Shown: positions 18,493 to 28,063 of the stretch, one piece after another | Position numbering within the stretch: the stretch's first letter is position 1 | How the letters are laid out: every line of letters starts with the position of its first letter | DNA from: an uncultured archaeon | GTDB lineage: Archaea; Asgardarchaeota; Hermodarchaeia; Hermodarchaeales; Hermodarchaeaceae | NCBI GenBank assembly: GCA_964347045.1 | Contig: CAYFXC010000019.1 | Span: 1-33,265 of the forward strand | Length of the DNA: 33,265 nt | Direction of reading: 5' to 3' | The notes under the pieces: model-generated | What the model saw: only the letters and a program-made list of their open reading frames with translations | What the model was told of the DNA's origin: nothing | The model's database searches: none | Position numbers and translations under genes: made by a program

Positions 18493-20895
18493 CTATTCTT
18501 CGCCAATTAGTCGAGCCATTAGCTCAGGGATTATTGCTTTTCGTTCCAAGGCTCGGATATGCTCACGAATCTGGGGCATGACCGATTGCCATTCGGGATA
18601 TATTCGATTCTTGAACGCTTCGATAGTCGGAGGTTCAGAAGCCATATCCCTACCTTCATTAGTTTTTCGTTTTCGAATGTTAAGAATTGTCTCGTTTTGT
18701 AGGTTCTTAGGGAGTACTTGGAATTTTTCAAACTGGTATCCAAATATTGCTCGACCAGAGGTTGCGCTTCGAAGTTCATCGGCAATACCTCTTGATGCTT
18801 CAGATGCAGGGAGTTCGCCGCTAAGAAACGCATTACCGCCTTTCGTTTCAGTTCCTGTTATTTTTCCTCGATGTTGTGTAACATAACTGATAACACTACC
18901 CATAGTATCTTCTGGGGTTTTTACGTCGATCCGTAGTACAGGCTCATAGAGGCCTGGATTTCCACTGAGGAAACTTATGTTTAAAGCTGATGCTGTCATG
19001 ATCATAATTTGACCAGCTTTTGTGTGGGCAGGGTCTTCATGAACTGTGGCATCATACATAGCAACTTTCATTCCCATGATTGGTTCACGGGCAAGAACAC
19101 TACTGTGGCAAAAGTCACGAAAAGCTGTGATGACATAAGGTTTAATGCGATCTAGCCGCTGGACACCACGTGAAAGATTTAGTAGAATGTTTGTACCCTC
19201 GATAGCCCAAATGTTTCGTCCCAGCTTGCGGTCCCAACCTGCAGCTTCACTAATAATCTTAGCCTGGTCCCGTTCATCCATATATTCATCAAGCTTTCCA
19301 TCCCTAATTAACTGGATAATCTCAGGTTCAAGAGGTTCAAGTTCCAATTCAATACGATTGAGAGATTCTGGACATTTCGTACGTATTCTAAATCCCCGTG
19401 CCATAGGAGATTCATGGTAAACCGTAATTGGAATCCCAATTTTGATGTCAAGTTCTTCTGCAATTCGTTTGGTGAGGATTTCTATCTGAAGGGGGTCAAT
19501 TCCGCTAAGGATATATTCCCCACTGTCCTCGTCCTTGCGGAAAACTGCCGTTGGATCTGCTAGGACCCATTTTCGTACAATATCACCTAACTTTGAGAGG
19601 TCTTGTGGATTCTCGGGCTTTATGCTCCGACTAACTACTGGGTCAGAAACATAACGAATTTTTTCGAATGGTGGAAATGATTTGTTCTCGGGATGGACAA
19701 ATGTCTCACCAGCTGGTTGAATCTCAGGCAATTCTAATGCAAAGAGGTTACCTGCGGGGACAACCGGTACGGGGAGCAAGCTATCTAATTCTTGAACGCC
19801 TAATCGTCGAATACGAAGGCTACGCTTAGCATTCAACAGGTATATTTCATCACCCTCACGAAGCGTTCCACTGAATACTCGACCAATTAGAGTAGGTCGC
19901 TTGGTTCTCGGATGGATGAAAATTTTTGTTATCATGCCAACTAAAGGCGCATCTCTATCAACGGTTAACATTCCATATGCAGCTTGCTTGATAGGATCAT
20001 CACCTGCATCTGCCATACTATTCAAATCTTTGACTTCGTCTATACGTTCTCCCCATAGGCGTCGCATACGATAAGGTGCTGCTTCATCAGGGCTAGGTAG
20101 GTGAGTGATTATTACTTCAAGAAGAGCATCATCAAGAGGGAAGTTTTCTCGTAGCCATTTGATGGGTTCATCAGTATCGTTACGAACTGCTTCATCATAT
20201 TTTTCGATTACGAATTTGGCGCTATCAACTCCCTTTTGTTTGAGCATCGGAATGGTAAAAGCCCAACCATCTTTGGCTGATCCAAAGATTACTCGTCCAT
20301 CAGTTGGGTTGACCTGCCATTCTTTTTTAAATTGTTTCGGGGCTACGGCTTCGATTTGTTCGTTTACTTCTTTTATGATTTGGCCAAAGCGTTCAATGAT
20401 TTTATCTGGTTTGAGCTTCAGTTCTTTAGTGAGCCGATCAACTTTGTTGATAAATAATACTGGTTTCGTCCATTCATTGCCCACAGCTAAATGAATATTG
20501 GTCACAGTTTGAGTCATAACACCTTCAAGTGCGTCTACCAGAAGCACTGCACCATCGCTTCCACGGAGTGCACGGCTGACTTCACCGGTAAAGCTGATGT
20601 GACCTGGAGTATCGTTAAGTTCTAGGAGATAATCTTTTTCCGCATATTTATAGTTTAGAAGGGCAACGCTGGTGAAAATTGTAATTCCACGTTCCTGTTC
20701 TTCATCGTCTGTGTCGGTTTTTCGGGCTTGACCGGCATAGCTATCACTAAGAAGTCCCGCACGTCGCATAAGATAGTCACATGCGGTTGATTTTCCATGG
20801 TCTATATGCGCAGTGATGCTAAAGATTCGGCGAAGATGCATTGGATGTTCTTGTACCATGCGTTGGATTTCTTCAGGACTTTTGACGCGAACCAT
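18493..20895 (-). CDS. fusA: Translation elongation factor EF-2 family GTPase, divergent (probable aEF-2 paralog)
   Basis: G1 AHIDHGKS, G2 ERGITI, G3 DTPGH, G4 NKVD, GRVFSGT, EPV, RSATSGRA; diphthamide loop HEDPAHTK; not in a ribosomal protein operon. Confidence 0.9.
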   Translation of the reverse strand: MVRVKSPEEIQRMVQEHPMHLRRIFSITAHIDHGKSTACDYLMRRAGLLSDSYAGQARKTDTDDEEQERGITIFTSVALLNYKYAEKDYLLELNDTPGHISFTGEVSRALRGSDGAVLLVDALEGVMTQTVTNIHLAVGNEWTKPVLFINKVDRLTKELKLKPDKIIERFGQIIKEVNEQIEAVAPKQFKKEWQVNPTDGRVIFGSAKDGWAFTIPMLKQKGVDSAKFVIEKYDEAVRNDTDEPIKWLRENFPLDDALLEVIITHLPSPDEAAPYRMRRLWGERIDEVKDLNSMADAGDDPIKQAAYGMLTVDRDAPLVGMITKIFIHPRTKRPTLIGRVFSGTLREGDEIYLLNAKRSLRIRRLGVQELDSLLPVPVVPAGNLFALELPEIQPAGETFVHPENKSFPPFEKIRYVSDPVVSRSIKPENPQDLSKLGDIVRKWVLADPTAVFRKDEDSGEYILSGIDPLQIEILTKRIAEELDIKIGIPITVYHESPMARGFRIRTKCPESLNRIELELEPLEPEIIQLIRDGKLDEYMDERDQAKIISEAAGWDRKLGRNIWAIEGTNILLNLSRGVQRLDRIKPYVITAFRDFCHSSVLAREPIMGMKVAMYDATVHEDPAHTKAGQIMIMTASALNISFLSGNPGLYEPVLRIDVKTPEDTMGSVISYVTQHRGKITGTETKGGNAFLSGELPASEASRGIADELRSATSGRAIFGYQFEKFQVLPKNLQNETILNIRKRKTNEGRDMASEPPTIEAFKNRIYPEWQSVMPQIREHIRALERKAIIPELMARLIGEE

Positions 20896-21052
20896 AGGTG
20901 TTCAATCCATTCAAGACTAATTGTAGTGTGTTCTCACACGATTTGTGATGGCAAAAGCCAGTGCTACATGCCATTATGCGCACAATGGTCTCTCGCTCTC
21001 TGGGCAAGCAGAACTTATGATTTCCCTAAAAGGATTACGGTAAACCGACCGT

Positions 21053-22270
21053 TTAGAGATCAAGGCCAATTTCTCGTAGTTTTGCTTCACCATCGGGTGA
21101 TAATACGTATTCATATCCATCTTCTGTTTCAATACGAGTCAACCATCCCTGATTTATTAAGTGGGTCAAGAACTCTTTGCCAATGTGTTCTAGGCTTATA
21201 ATTCGCCCCGGTATTGGTTTGGATAAAATCTCTTTAGAAACCTGAAGTTTGTCAGGTTCTTCTGAAATCGACGGAGTATCTTCACCATACCACAGAATGG
21301 TGGGAATGCGTTCTTGGAATGTAGCAGGCGAGTTTTTCCACAATGAAGATTTCAGTCGTGCATCCGCAAACAGTTCTAGTTCAGGGTCTACAAATAGGTT
21401 GAAGTCTTCTTGGCCTTTTAATATCGGAGAAAGATCAAGACGCGATATAATATTTTGTGTTAGATTTAGCGTCTTCAAACTAATTGAATGCGCAAGTGGA
21501 GCAAGATTGATTTGAGTTAATTTGTTCTCTGCTAGCCAAAGTGCCTCGAGCTTTGGACAATGCCAAAGTGGAGTTAGATCAATTCGTTTAAAGCGATTTT
21601 GACTCAATTCGAGTTCACGAATTTCTTCACAGTGGTAGAGCGCACGGAGGTCAAGCTTCTCCAACCGGTTCGCACGGAGACTGAGGGCTTTTAGTGATTT
21701 GCAGTTCCAGATTGGAGAAATATCCAAATGGTCTAATTCATTACCTGATAAATCAAGCTCTTGAAGATTCACACAATAATAGAGGGGAGTGAGTATAAGT
21801 TCATGAAATTGATTGTCAGATAAATCCAGTTCCTCTAGTTCTGTGCATTTCCAAAGGGGACTCAAATCAAGAGTTTGTAAACTATTATGGGCTAAATCTA
21901 ATCGTTTTAGATGAGGACAGTGTAATAAAGGCGAGAGATTGAGAGTTTCCAATCGGTTTTGATGTAACTCTAAAATCTGTAGATTAGTGCATTTTTGAAG
22001 CGCTGAGAGATCTAAATGCACCAATTCGTTTTCACTTAAATAGATTTCTTGAAGTTTTTTACAATGGTGCAACGCACTGAGGTCAATATAATCAAGATGG
22101 TTGTCATATAGATTTAGGACCTCTAACGTGTCACATTCTTTTAATGATGAGAGATCTATTGAAATGATACCAAGTTCCGTGAGGTCAAGCGTAGGAGGGC
22201 ATTTGTCGAATTCAAGAGTTGTTTCTTCACCATCTTGAGTTTGATAATTTATTTTAATCATTGGCATCAA
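21053..22270 (-). CDS. Leucine-rich repeat protein with a possible C-terminal winged-helix
   Basis: Ten 24-aa repeats LDLSPLxxCxxLxxLxLxxNxLxx; C-terminal L.NQGWL......YVLSPDG. Confidence 0.9.
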   Translation of the reverse strand: MMPMIKINYQTQDGEETTLEFDKCPPTLDLTELGIISIDLSSLKECDTLEVLNLYDNHLDYIDLSALHHCKKLQEIYLSENELVHLDLSALQKCTNLQILELHQNRLETLNLSPLLHCPHLKRLDLAHNSLQTLDLSPLWKCTELEELDLSDNQFHELILTPLYYCVNLQELDLSGNELDHLDISPIWNCKSLKALSLRANRLEKLDLRALYHCEEIRELELSQNRFKRIDLTPLWHCPKLEALWLAENKLTQINLAPLAHSISLKTLNLTQNIISRLDLSPILKGQEDFNLFVDPELELFADARLKSSLWKNSPATFQERIPTILWYGEDTPSISEEPDKLQVSKEILSKPIPGRIISLEHIGKEFLTHLINQGWLTRIETEDGYEYVLSPDGEAKLREIGLDL

Positions 22271-22417
22271 ATAATTGATTCAATTAATTTGGCATCGTAA
22301 TGTAAACTAAATTTAAAGAATTATCGGTGCATAAAAAGATGATTCAATAAATAAGGGATAAGACTTTAAACAAAATCGAATAAATCTCTACAATCCATAC
22401 CTTTCCAGTAGAGGTGT

Positions 22418-22645
22418 ATGAACAACATGGTAATTAAAACTTATAAAAGTGAAGAAGGAGGTTTCACACTCGAAATCGACTATGATAAATGCATTGGAGC
22501 AGGTGTCTGCAAAGACGTGTGCCCCTCTGATGTCTTTGAAATAATAGAGGGCAAAGCTACAGCACCAAATATTGATGCTTGTGTAGAATGCTGTGCCTGT
22601 GTACAAAACTGCCCAGAAAACGCACTCAACCATTCATCTTGTTAA
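22418..22645 (+). CDS. Dicluster ferredoxin
   Basis: CIGAGVCKDVCP and CVECCACVQNCP motifs; GAGGTG RBS. Confidence 0.9.
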   Translation: MNNMVIKTYKSEEGGFTLEIDYDKCIGAGVCKDVCPSDVFEIIEGKATAPNIDACVECCACVQNCPENALNHSSC

Positions 22646-22870
22646 ACCAACTGTAAACTAACACTTCTTTTTAATTATGGATTTAAGAACAGATGAAACT
22701 GAATCATATTTACGTTTCACATAATTGGGTGAAAACTATATTAAAAATGAAAAATTTGAAATGTCCTCAGCGCGTTCAAATGGTTGATACAAACTACAAA
22801 ATACTATAAAGGTACCCATGTATTCTTTCTATACTCGCGTCCTAGACCCTGTTTTACAAAGGTGAAATCG

Positions 22871-24178
22871 ATGTCACCGAAGGAAAAATCTGCATCAATG
22901 GCATCGAAGCCACCTAAATCAAAAAAGAAAAAGAAAAAAGAGAAAGAACCAGAAACACTTGGAGAAAAAGCAAGACAGATATTGCAAGAAGCCAGCGAGC
23001 TTGCTCAGGATCTTGAAGAAAAAGACCAAGAACTTGCCAAAGCAGATATTTGTTCAGCGCATGCTTCAATGGAATTGTGTGATGAAGCATTGGTTTTAGC
23101 GAAAGGTGTACGTCCGGGTAATCCCCGATGGCGAGCACTTACAATTGTGGGAAAATCTTTAGGTAGGTGTAAAGACCCGGATGAAGCTGTAAAAACAGCT
23201 ATGAGTCTGAAAGACGAAGAAGATCGGGATTATCTTCTGGATGGAATTGCCCGCTCATTAGCCAATCAACAGAAAGTCGATGAGGCCTTAGACGTGGTTC
23301 AGAAGATAGAGAGCAAAGCGCGACGACTTCATTCACAAGCAGCAGTAGCAGAATCGCTTGCTATTAATGGGCAAATTAGAGCCGCTGTCAAGGTTGCAGA
23401 AAAACTCGGTGATTCCGATAAAGCCGGACGTGTACTTAGTTCAGCTATTGTCACAATGGCAAAGGAGAATCGAATTTCAGATTCAATGGATTTACTTTCA
23501 AATATTGAAGATGAAGGTTGGAAACCTGAAGCACTTGGTGAAGTATGTGCTGCGCTTGCTCGGATGCGGAATTTACCTAAAGCGCTTGAACTATACGGAG
23601 AAATTGTTAGTGAAGACCATCAGACTGTAGTTCTAGCTCCGTTAGTAGGCGCTTTGGTAGAAAATGGTAAAGAATCGATGGCGCTAGCCCTTATTGGTAA
23701 TATTGAGAACCGATATGCACGTGCTATTCTAATCGCAAAGGTCGTTGGCGAGCTTGTTGAAAACCAAGAAATTAGAAAAGCCATTAAAGTCACTGAAAAA
23801 TTAGATGATGATGTCCCACCAGATGCATTAATTGAGGTAGCTCGAGGATTTGCAGAACTTGGTGAGGTTGAACAGGCAACTCAAATGGCCATGCGACTAG
23901 AAGTAAAAGGCTCACGCATCGCTGCTCTAACTGAGATTGCACATGTACTAACTGAAAAGGAACTCTACGATGCTGCCCTAAATATAACAAAAGAATTAGA
24001 ACGGAAAAAAGCACGAAGTGTAGAACAACTTCGAATTATCAAAGCTATGGCCGAAAACGGACATGCTGCCAAAGCTCTTTCGCTAACCAAAAACATTGAG
24101 AGCCGTCTTTACCAGATTTACGGTTTAAACCGTGTAGCGGTTGCCATAACAGGACATGTTTTCGAAGAATTTGTTTAA
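22871..24178 (+). CDS. TPR-like alpha-solenoid repeat protein
   Basis: ~38-aa repeats (A......I....R..AL..IA..LA..G); Lys-rich N-terminus; GGTGA RBS at 22861 supports ATG 22871. Confidence 0.75.
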   Translation: MSPKEKSASMASKPPKSKKKKKKEKEPETLGEKARQILQEASELAQDLEEKDQELAKADICSAHASMELCDEALVLAKGVRPGNPRWRALTIVGKSLGRCKDPDEAVKTAMSLKDEEDRDYLLDGIARSLANQQKVDEALDVVQKIESKARRLHSQAAVAESLAINGQIRAAVKVAEKLGDSDKAGRVLSSAIVTMAKENRISDSMDLLSNIEDEGWKPEALGEVCAALARMRNLPKALELYGEIVSEDHQTVVLAPLVGALVENGKESMALALIGNIENRYARAILIAKVVGELVENQEIRKAIKVTEKLDDDVPPDALIEVARGFAELGEVEQATQMAMRLEVKGSRIAALTEIAHVLTEKELYDAALNITKELERKKARSVEQLRIIKAMAENGHAAKALSLTKNIESRLYQIYGLNRVAVAITGHVFEEFV

Positions 24179-24181
24179 GCG

Positions 24182-25417
24182 TTAAGCTACATTTTCCCTT
24201 CCTTGATTGGAACTGGAAGTAGCCTTTTTTTGTTCTAGAAGTTTAGATTTTTTTGCCTGCTTATCCGCTCTGTAAAGGAAGAAGAGAATGGTTAAAGGAA
24301 TAGGCATCAACGCTGAAGCAATCATTAAAGGAAATCCTGGAGTAACAGAAAAAGCCAAACCACCGATTAACGGGGATACAGGAGAAAGGGACCGGGCAAT
24401 AAGATTGTACACTGACAAAGAATCTGCTAACTGTCCCCGTGGAATATTATGAGATAACACTGCACTATTAAGCGAGAAACAATGAACGAATCCACTAAGT
24501 GCATAAATAATAGGTAACAGAGTAACTGAGGGACTTATTACTAACAACCCAAAAAACCCAAAGGTACCAAGCACAGGAAATACTAGGCCTCCTACATATG
24601 ACCACCGATCACCAACCCAACCCATGAGCGGTCCTAAAATAACCCCCGCGGCATTAGATATTGATCCTAAAACACCAATTTGAGCCTCAATTAAGCCCCA
24701 TCGATCAAAAAGGAATAATGGTACAAACATATTTGCTATCCAATAAAGGGTGCCAATCGTAAACCAGAATATCGTCATGAAAATAAAAACCCGGTTTCTT
24801 AGGAATTCCCAGCTCCTTTCCTTGGCTCTTTCTTCTTTGGTAGTTGTAATAGGTGAAATCGGAAGTACAAGTATTGTACTAGCAATAAACATGATCGCTG
24901 TGATGAGAAATACTAGTTCATAACCATACGCTGATATGATAAATCCACCCATCACAGGACCTGGTATGCCAGCTAGTGCAATTGCGGCGGAAGACCCTCC
25001 GAAGGCTCGACCCCTGTGAGAACCTCCTGATAGACTAGTAATGTATGCACCAATCGGTGCTGCTGCAACCATACTTGCTCCTTCAAGGAACGCTCCAATC
25101 AATGTTACTTGCCATGATACTGCGAAAAGGTAAATGAGAGGTGCAGGTATTATCACTAACCATCCAAGGAGCATAGTACGTTTTTCACCAAGTCTGGCAG
25201 TCAAAAAACCCCCCAAACCAATGAACAACAATGTGCTAATTAGGAACACGGTTGACCAATACCCCACTTGTATCGAGTTCGCACCCAATTCTTCTCGCAT
25301 ATATAGGCCTATGAAGTTGCTATACAAGAAGACACCCAAAATCCATGTCGAATTGGCAGTTAAAAGGAGGACATAACTGCGTCGAGGACGCTGAACATTG
25401 TTTTCCCCCGCTTCCAT
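24182..25417 (-). CDS. MFS transporter
   Basis: 12 TM pattern, GGFLTARLGEKR and GWVGDRW motifs. Confidence 0.88.
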   Translation of the reverse strand: MEAGENNVQRPRRSYVLLLTANSTWILGVFLYSNFIGLYMREELGANSIQVGYWSTVFLISTLLFIGLGGFLTARLGEKRTMLLGWLVIIPAPLIYLFAVSWQVTLIGAFLEGASMVAAAPIGAYITSLSGGSHRGRAFGGSSAAIALAGIPGPVMGGFIISAYGYELVFLITAIMFIASTILVLPISPITTTKEERAKERSWEFLRNRVFIFMTIFWFTIGTLYWIANMFVPLFLFDRWGLIEAQIGVLGSISNAAGVILGPLMGWVGDRWSYVGGLVFPVLGTFGFFGLLVISPSVTLLPIIYALSGFVHCFSLNSAVLSHNIPRGQLADSLSVYNLIARSLSPVSPLIGGLAFSVTPGFPLMIASALMPIPLTILFFLYRADKQAKKSKLLEQKKATSSSNQGRENVA

Positions 25418-25497
25418 GATAGATCACTTGCAGTTAATGAGATTCAGTTTACACTGAATCTTTTATTTAAATAATTAACTGAAAATATGACTTTAAA

Positions 25498-26721
25498 TTA
25501 TTGATGACTGGGTGGACGGTTCTGCTGTCTAATTAATTCATGAAGTTCTGTTCTAAGTCTAATAAGTAATGACACCATTTGTTTCTCATAATCTTCCCAT
25601 AGAGCTATTCGTGATTGATTAATATCCTGATATAACTCTACAGAAGGGCTTTGTAGATACTCGCCTAATTTTCCCACTGTTGTTTTTAGACTTGGCATTT
25701 GGGGTAATAGGCGCTGTTCAAGATCTTCAAGCAAAGCAAGACTATGGGTAACACCAATAAGTAATTGATTGGCATCTAATCTTTCAGGAATAAATCCTGA
25801 AACCTCCACTGGATCTGTTTGGATATATTCAAGCCACCACTTCTCTGCTATTCCTTCATAACTAAGCATCATTCGGATGATAGATAGAATTGCTTGTTGA
25901 TTATAGTAATCCGCTTGTCTTCGGGCTTCTATAAATTTTTGAAAGTTACGAGTAAGCTCATTCAATTCATTAACAGACTTTCGAGCATCTTTTACGAACT
26001 GGTCCAAAGTTTTTAGATCTTCAATAGTGGAATCATCCAGTTGAAGCATTCCACGCCATCCCGAAAAAATATCTAAAAGTCCGGAAAGATTTCGGAGAAA
26101 ATCATTTTTGGTTGGAGCATTATATGTCGCAGCTAGCAATTGCCGCATTTGGGAAAGGAGTTTCTGGTAGTTCACCTTCTTTACGCGATTAAGGCGTAAC
26201 TCGACTATCTGGAGAAGAGGGCTTTCTAATCCTTTGATAAAGGAATCCATTTCTACTAATCTGTCCAGAAGCTGTCGAGTTTCTTTTACGTAATCCAGAA
26301 AATCGTTGGTGGCATTATTCACCACTAAACGTATGTAGCCCTCATCCAATTTATGGCTCTTTAGATGCTCTAGAATATCATCTTTTCCTTGGGTAAGAAT
26401 CTTGATGTTGTCTTCGGTGAAATCAAGGTTTTCAACTAATTCTAGAAACCATGTTTGCCATTGTTCAATGTTGGTTAACATCCTATCAATAGTTGATAGG
26501 CTGGAAATTAATTGATTTAGCCACCATTTCTCAGCTCGAGCCAGTCGTATAAAAATGGGTTCTTCGCTTTGACCGATTTGCTCTATAGGAAGCAAAGTTT
26601 CCATTTTCGAGATTATGGTAGGCGAGTATAGTTTAGAATAAAACTCTTTCATAATCAGCAGATACGCCAGTAGAGCATCTCGAACCGCTAGCTCTTTGCT
26701 TGCTACCGCTGTCTTGCTCAT
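25498..26721 (-). CDS. Hypothetical all-helical protein
   Basis: 407-aa ORF, amphipathic L/E/Q/K-rich, no recognisable motif. Confidence 0.7.
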   Translation of the reverse strand: MSKTAVASKELAVRDALLAYLLIMKEFYSKLYSPTIISKMETLLPIEQIGQSEEPIFIRLARAEKWWLNQLISSLSTIDRMLTNIEQWQTWFLELVENLDFTEDNIKILTQGKDDILEHLKSHKLDEGYIRLVVNNATNDFLDYVKETRQLLDRLVEMDSFIKGLESPLLQIVELRLNRVKKVNYQKLLSQMRQLLAATYNAPTKNDFLRNLSGLLDIFSGWRGMLQLDDSTIEDLKTLDQFVKDARKSVNELNELTRNFQKFIEARRQADYYNQQAILSIIRMMLSYEGIAEKWWLEYIQTDPVEVSGFIPERLDANQLLIGVTHSLALLEDLEQRLLPQMPSLKTTVGKLGEYLQSPSVELYQDINQSRIALWEDYEKQMVSLLIRLRTELHELIRQQNRPPSHQ

Positions 26722-27009
26722 GTTTTCCCCGCCAGTGCTGGTGCATAATTCCTTATCAACACATCAATAAGACTCTTTCTTTTGATTTGATAAATTGCGG
26801 AGATAATTCTGTAAATTCCTCTTTTTTGCCTTTGAAACATCTCAAGAAATCGAAATCTAAGCGTTTTTATTGAATTATTTTTGAAGTTTTTAGAACTTGT
26901 ATCAGAATCTTGTAACCTAAAGACTTGTGAAAACTAATTTGATTTGCTACCTAATGATTGTATCCACATTGCCCCGGATAATATGGTATTCTATTGGATC
27001 TGTATCTAA

Positions 27010-27972
27010 TCAAGTCTTCAATTGATTCTCGTTATTTCGTGTTCGGAGAAGAGGAATGAGCATCGCCGCTATCATAACTAAAACAATTCCTATCCAATCA
27101 ATTAGAGTAGGTACTTCTCCAAGGAACAAAAACGCTAGAATGGCGATTTGAGCTAACATCGTACTATTAATGATTGTTGTTTCCAATGCTGTGAGTCGTC
27201 GCATTGACCAATTCCACAATGTAAAAGCCAAAGCAGTATTTACAATTGCTAGCCAAACAATAATGACAATTCCCCAAAATGAAAGTGTAAAGGTAGGGGT
27301 CATCAGAAAACCTCCAATTATCAGGAATAGAGCTCCAATTGTCATACTAATTGCAGTTACAACAAGTGCAGAGACTTCTTGAGATCGGTTGATTCCTCGT
27401 CCAATAATTGCTGAGAATGCATTAGCAACTAAACTAATCACAACAACAAGGATACCGAACAATGAACTGGTCAAGATATCAATTGGCCAAAAATAGAAAT
27501 AAGCTCCAAGCAAGGCTACGAGAACAAAAGAAATCTGCTTCTTATTTGGCTTTTCATTCAAGAAGAAGAAGGCAAAAATCACAACAAGAATCGTAGTGAA
27601 GTTGAGGATGAAGCTCACAGTAAGAGCAGTCAACAATGCTAATCCAACAAATTGAGTACCCATAGTGATTGTATAATAAACAAGACCATAGGTGAGTAGA
27701 CGCCGCCACCATGATTTCGGAAGCGCTCTAATTTCTTGGCGGTGGGAAGGTATTGTAAATAATGCCGTTAAAAGTATAATGGCAGCGAGTGTATAACGTA
27801 GTCCAGCAAATATCAGAGGAGGGATTTCTAGGAGACCAAATTTGATGATGATAAAGGACGAAGACCATAGTATTGTGACAAAAAAAGCGGTTACAACTGC
27901 TAACCAATACGTTTTGTCAATCTTCCGATTGAGTACAGAAGGAGTAGCTGAATTCGTCACAACACAACCCAC
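27010..27972 (-). CDS. EamA/DMT family transporter
   Basis: LWSSSF, PPL.FAGLRY, FLNEK, FLGE..T duplicated EamA pattern; start uncertain. Confidence 0.9.
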   Translation of the reverse strand: MGCVVTNSATPSVLNRKIDKTYWLAVVTAFFVTILWSSSFIIIKFGLLEIPPLIFAGLRYTLAAIILLTALFTIPSHRQEIRALPKSWWRRLLTYGLVYYTITMGTQFVGLALLTALTVSFILNFTTILVVIFAFFFLNEKPNKKQISFVLVALLGAYFYFWPIDILTSSLFGILVVVISLVANAFSAIIGRGINRSQEVSALVVTAISMTIGALFLIIGGFLMTPTFTLSFWGIVIIVWLAIVNTALAFTLWNWSMRRLTALETTIINSTMLAQIAILAFLFLGEVPTLIDWIGIVLVMIAAMLIPLLRTRNNENQLKT

Positions 27973-28063
27973 ACATCGTTGGTTCCCTCACTTTTATTCT
28001 GAGAGTATAAACCTTTCTTCCAAAAGAAAGTCTATCCAAGAGATCAAAGGGCAAAGAATCACG

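Noticed and set aside
21053-22270. LRR gene as a diversity-generating retroelement target
   Set aside because: No template/variable repeat pair differing at adenines and no reverse transcriptase is visible. The repeats are diverged at the DNA level.
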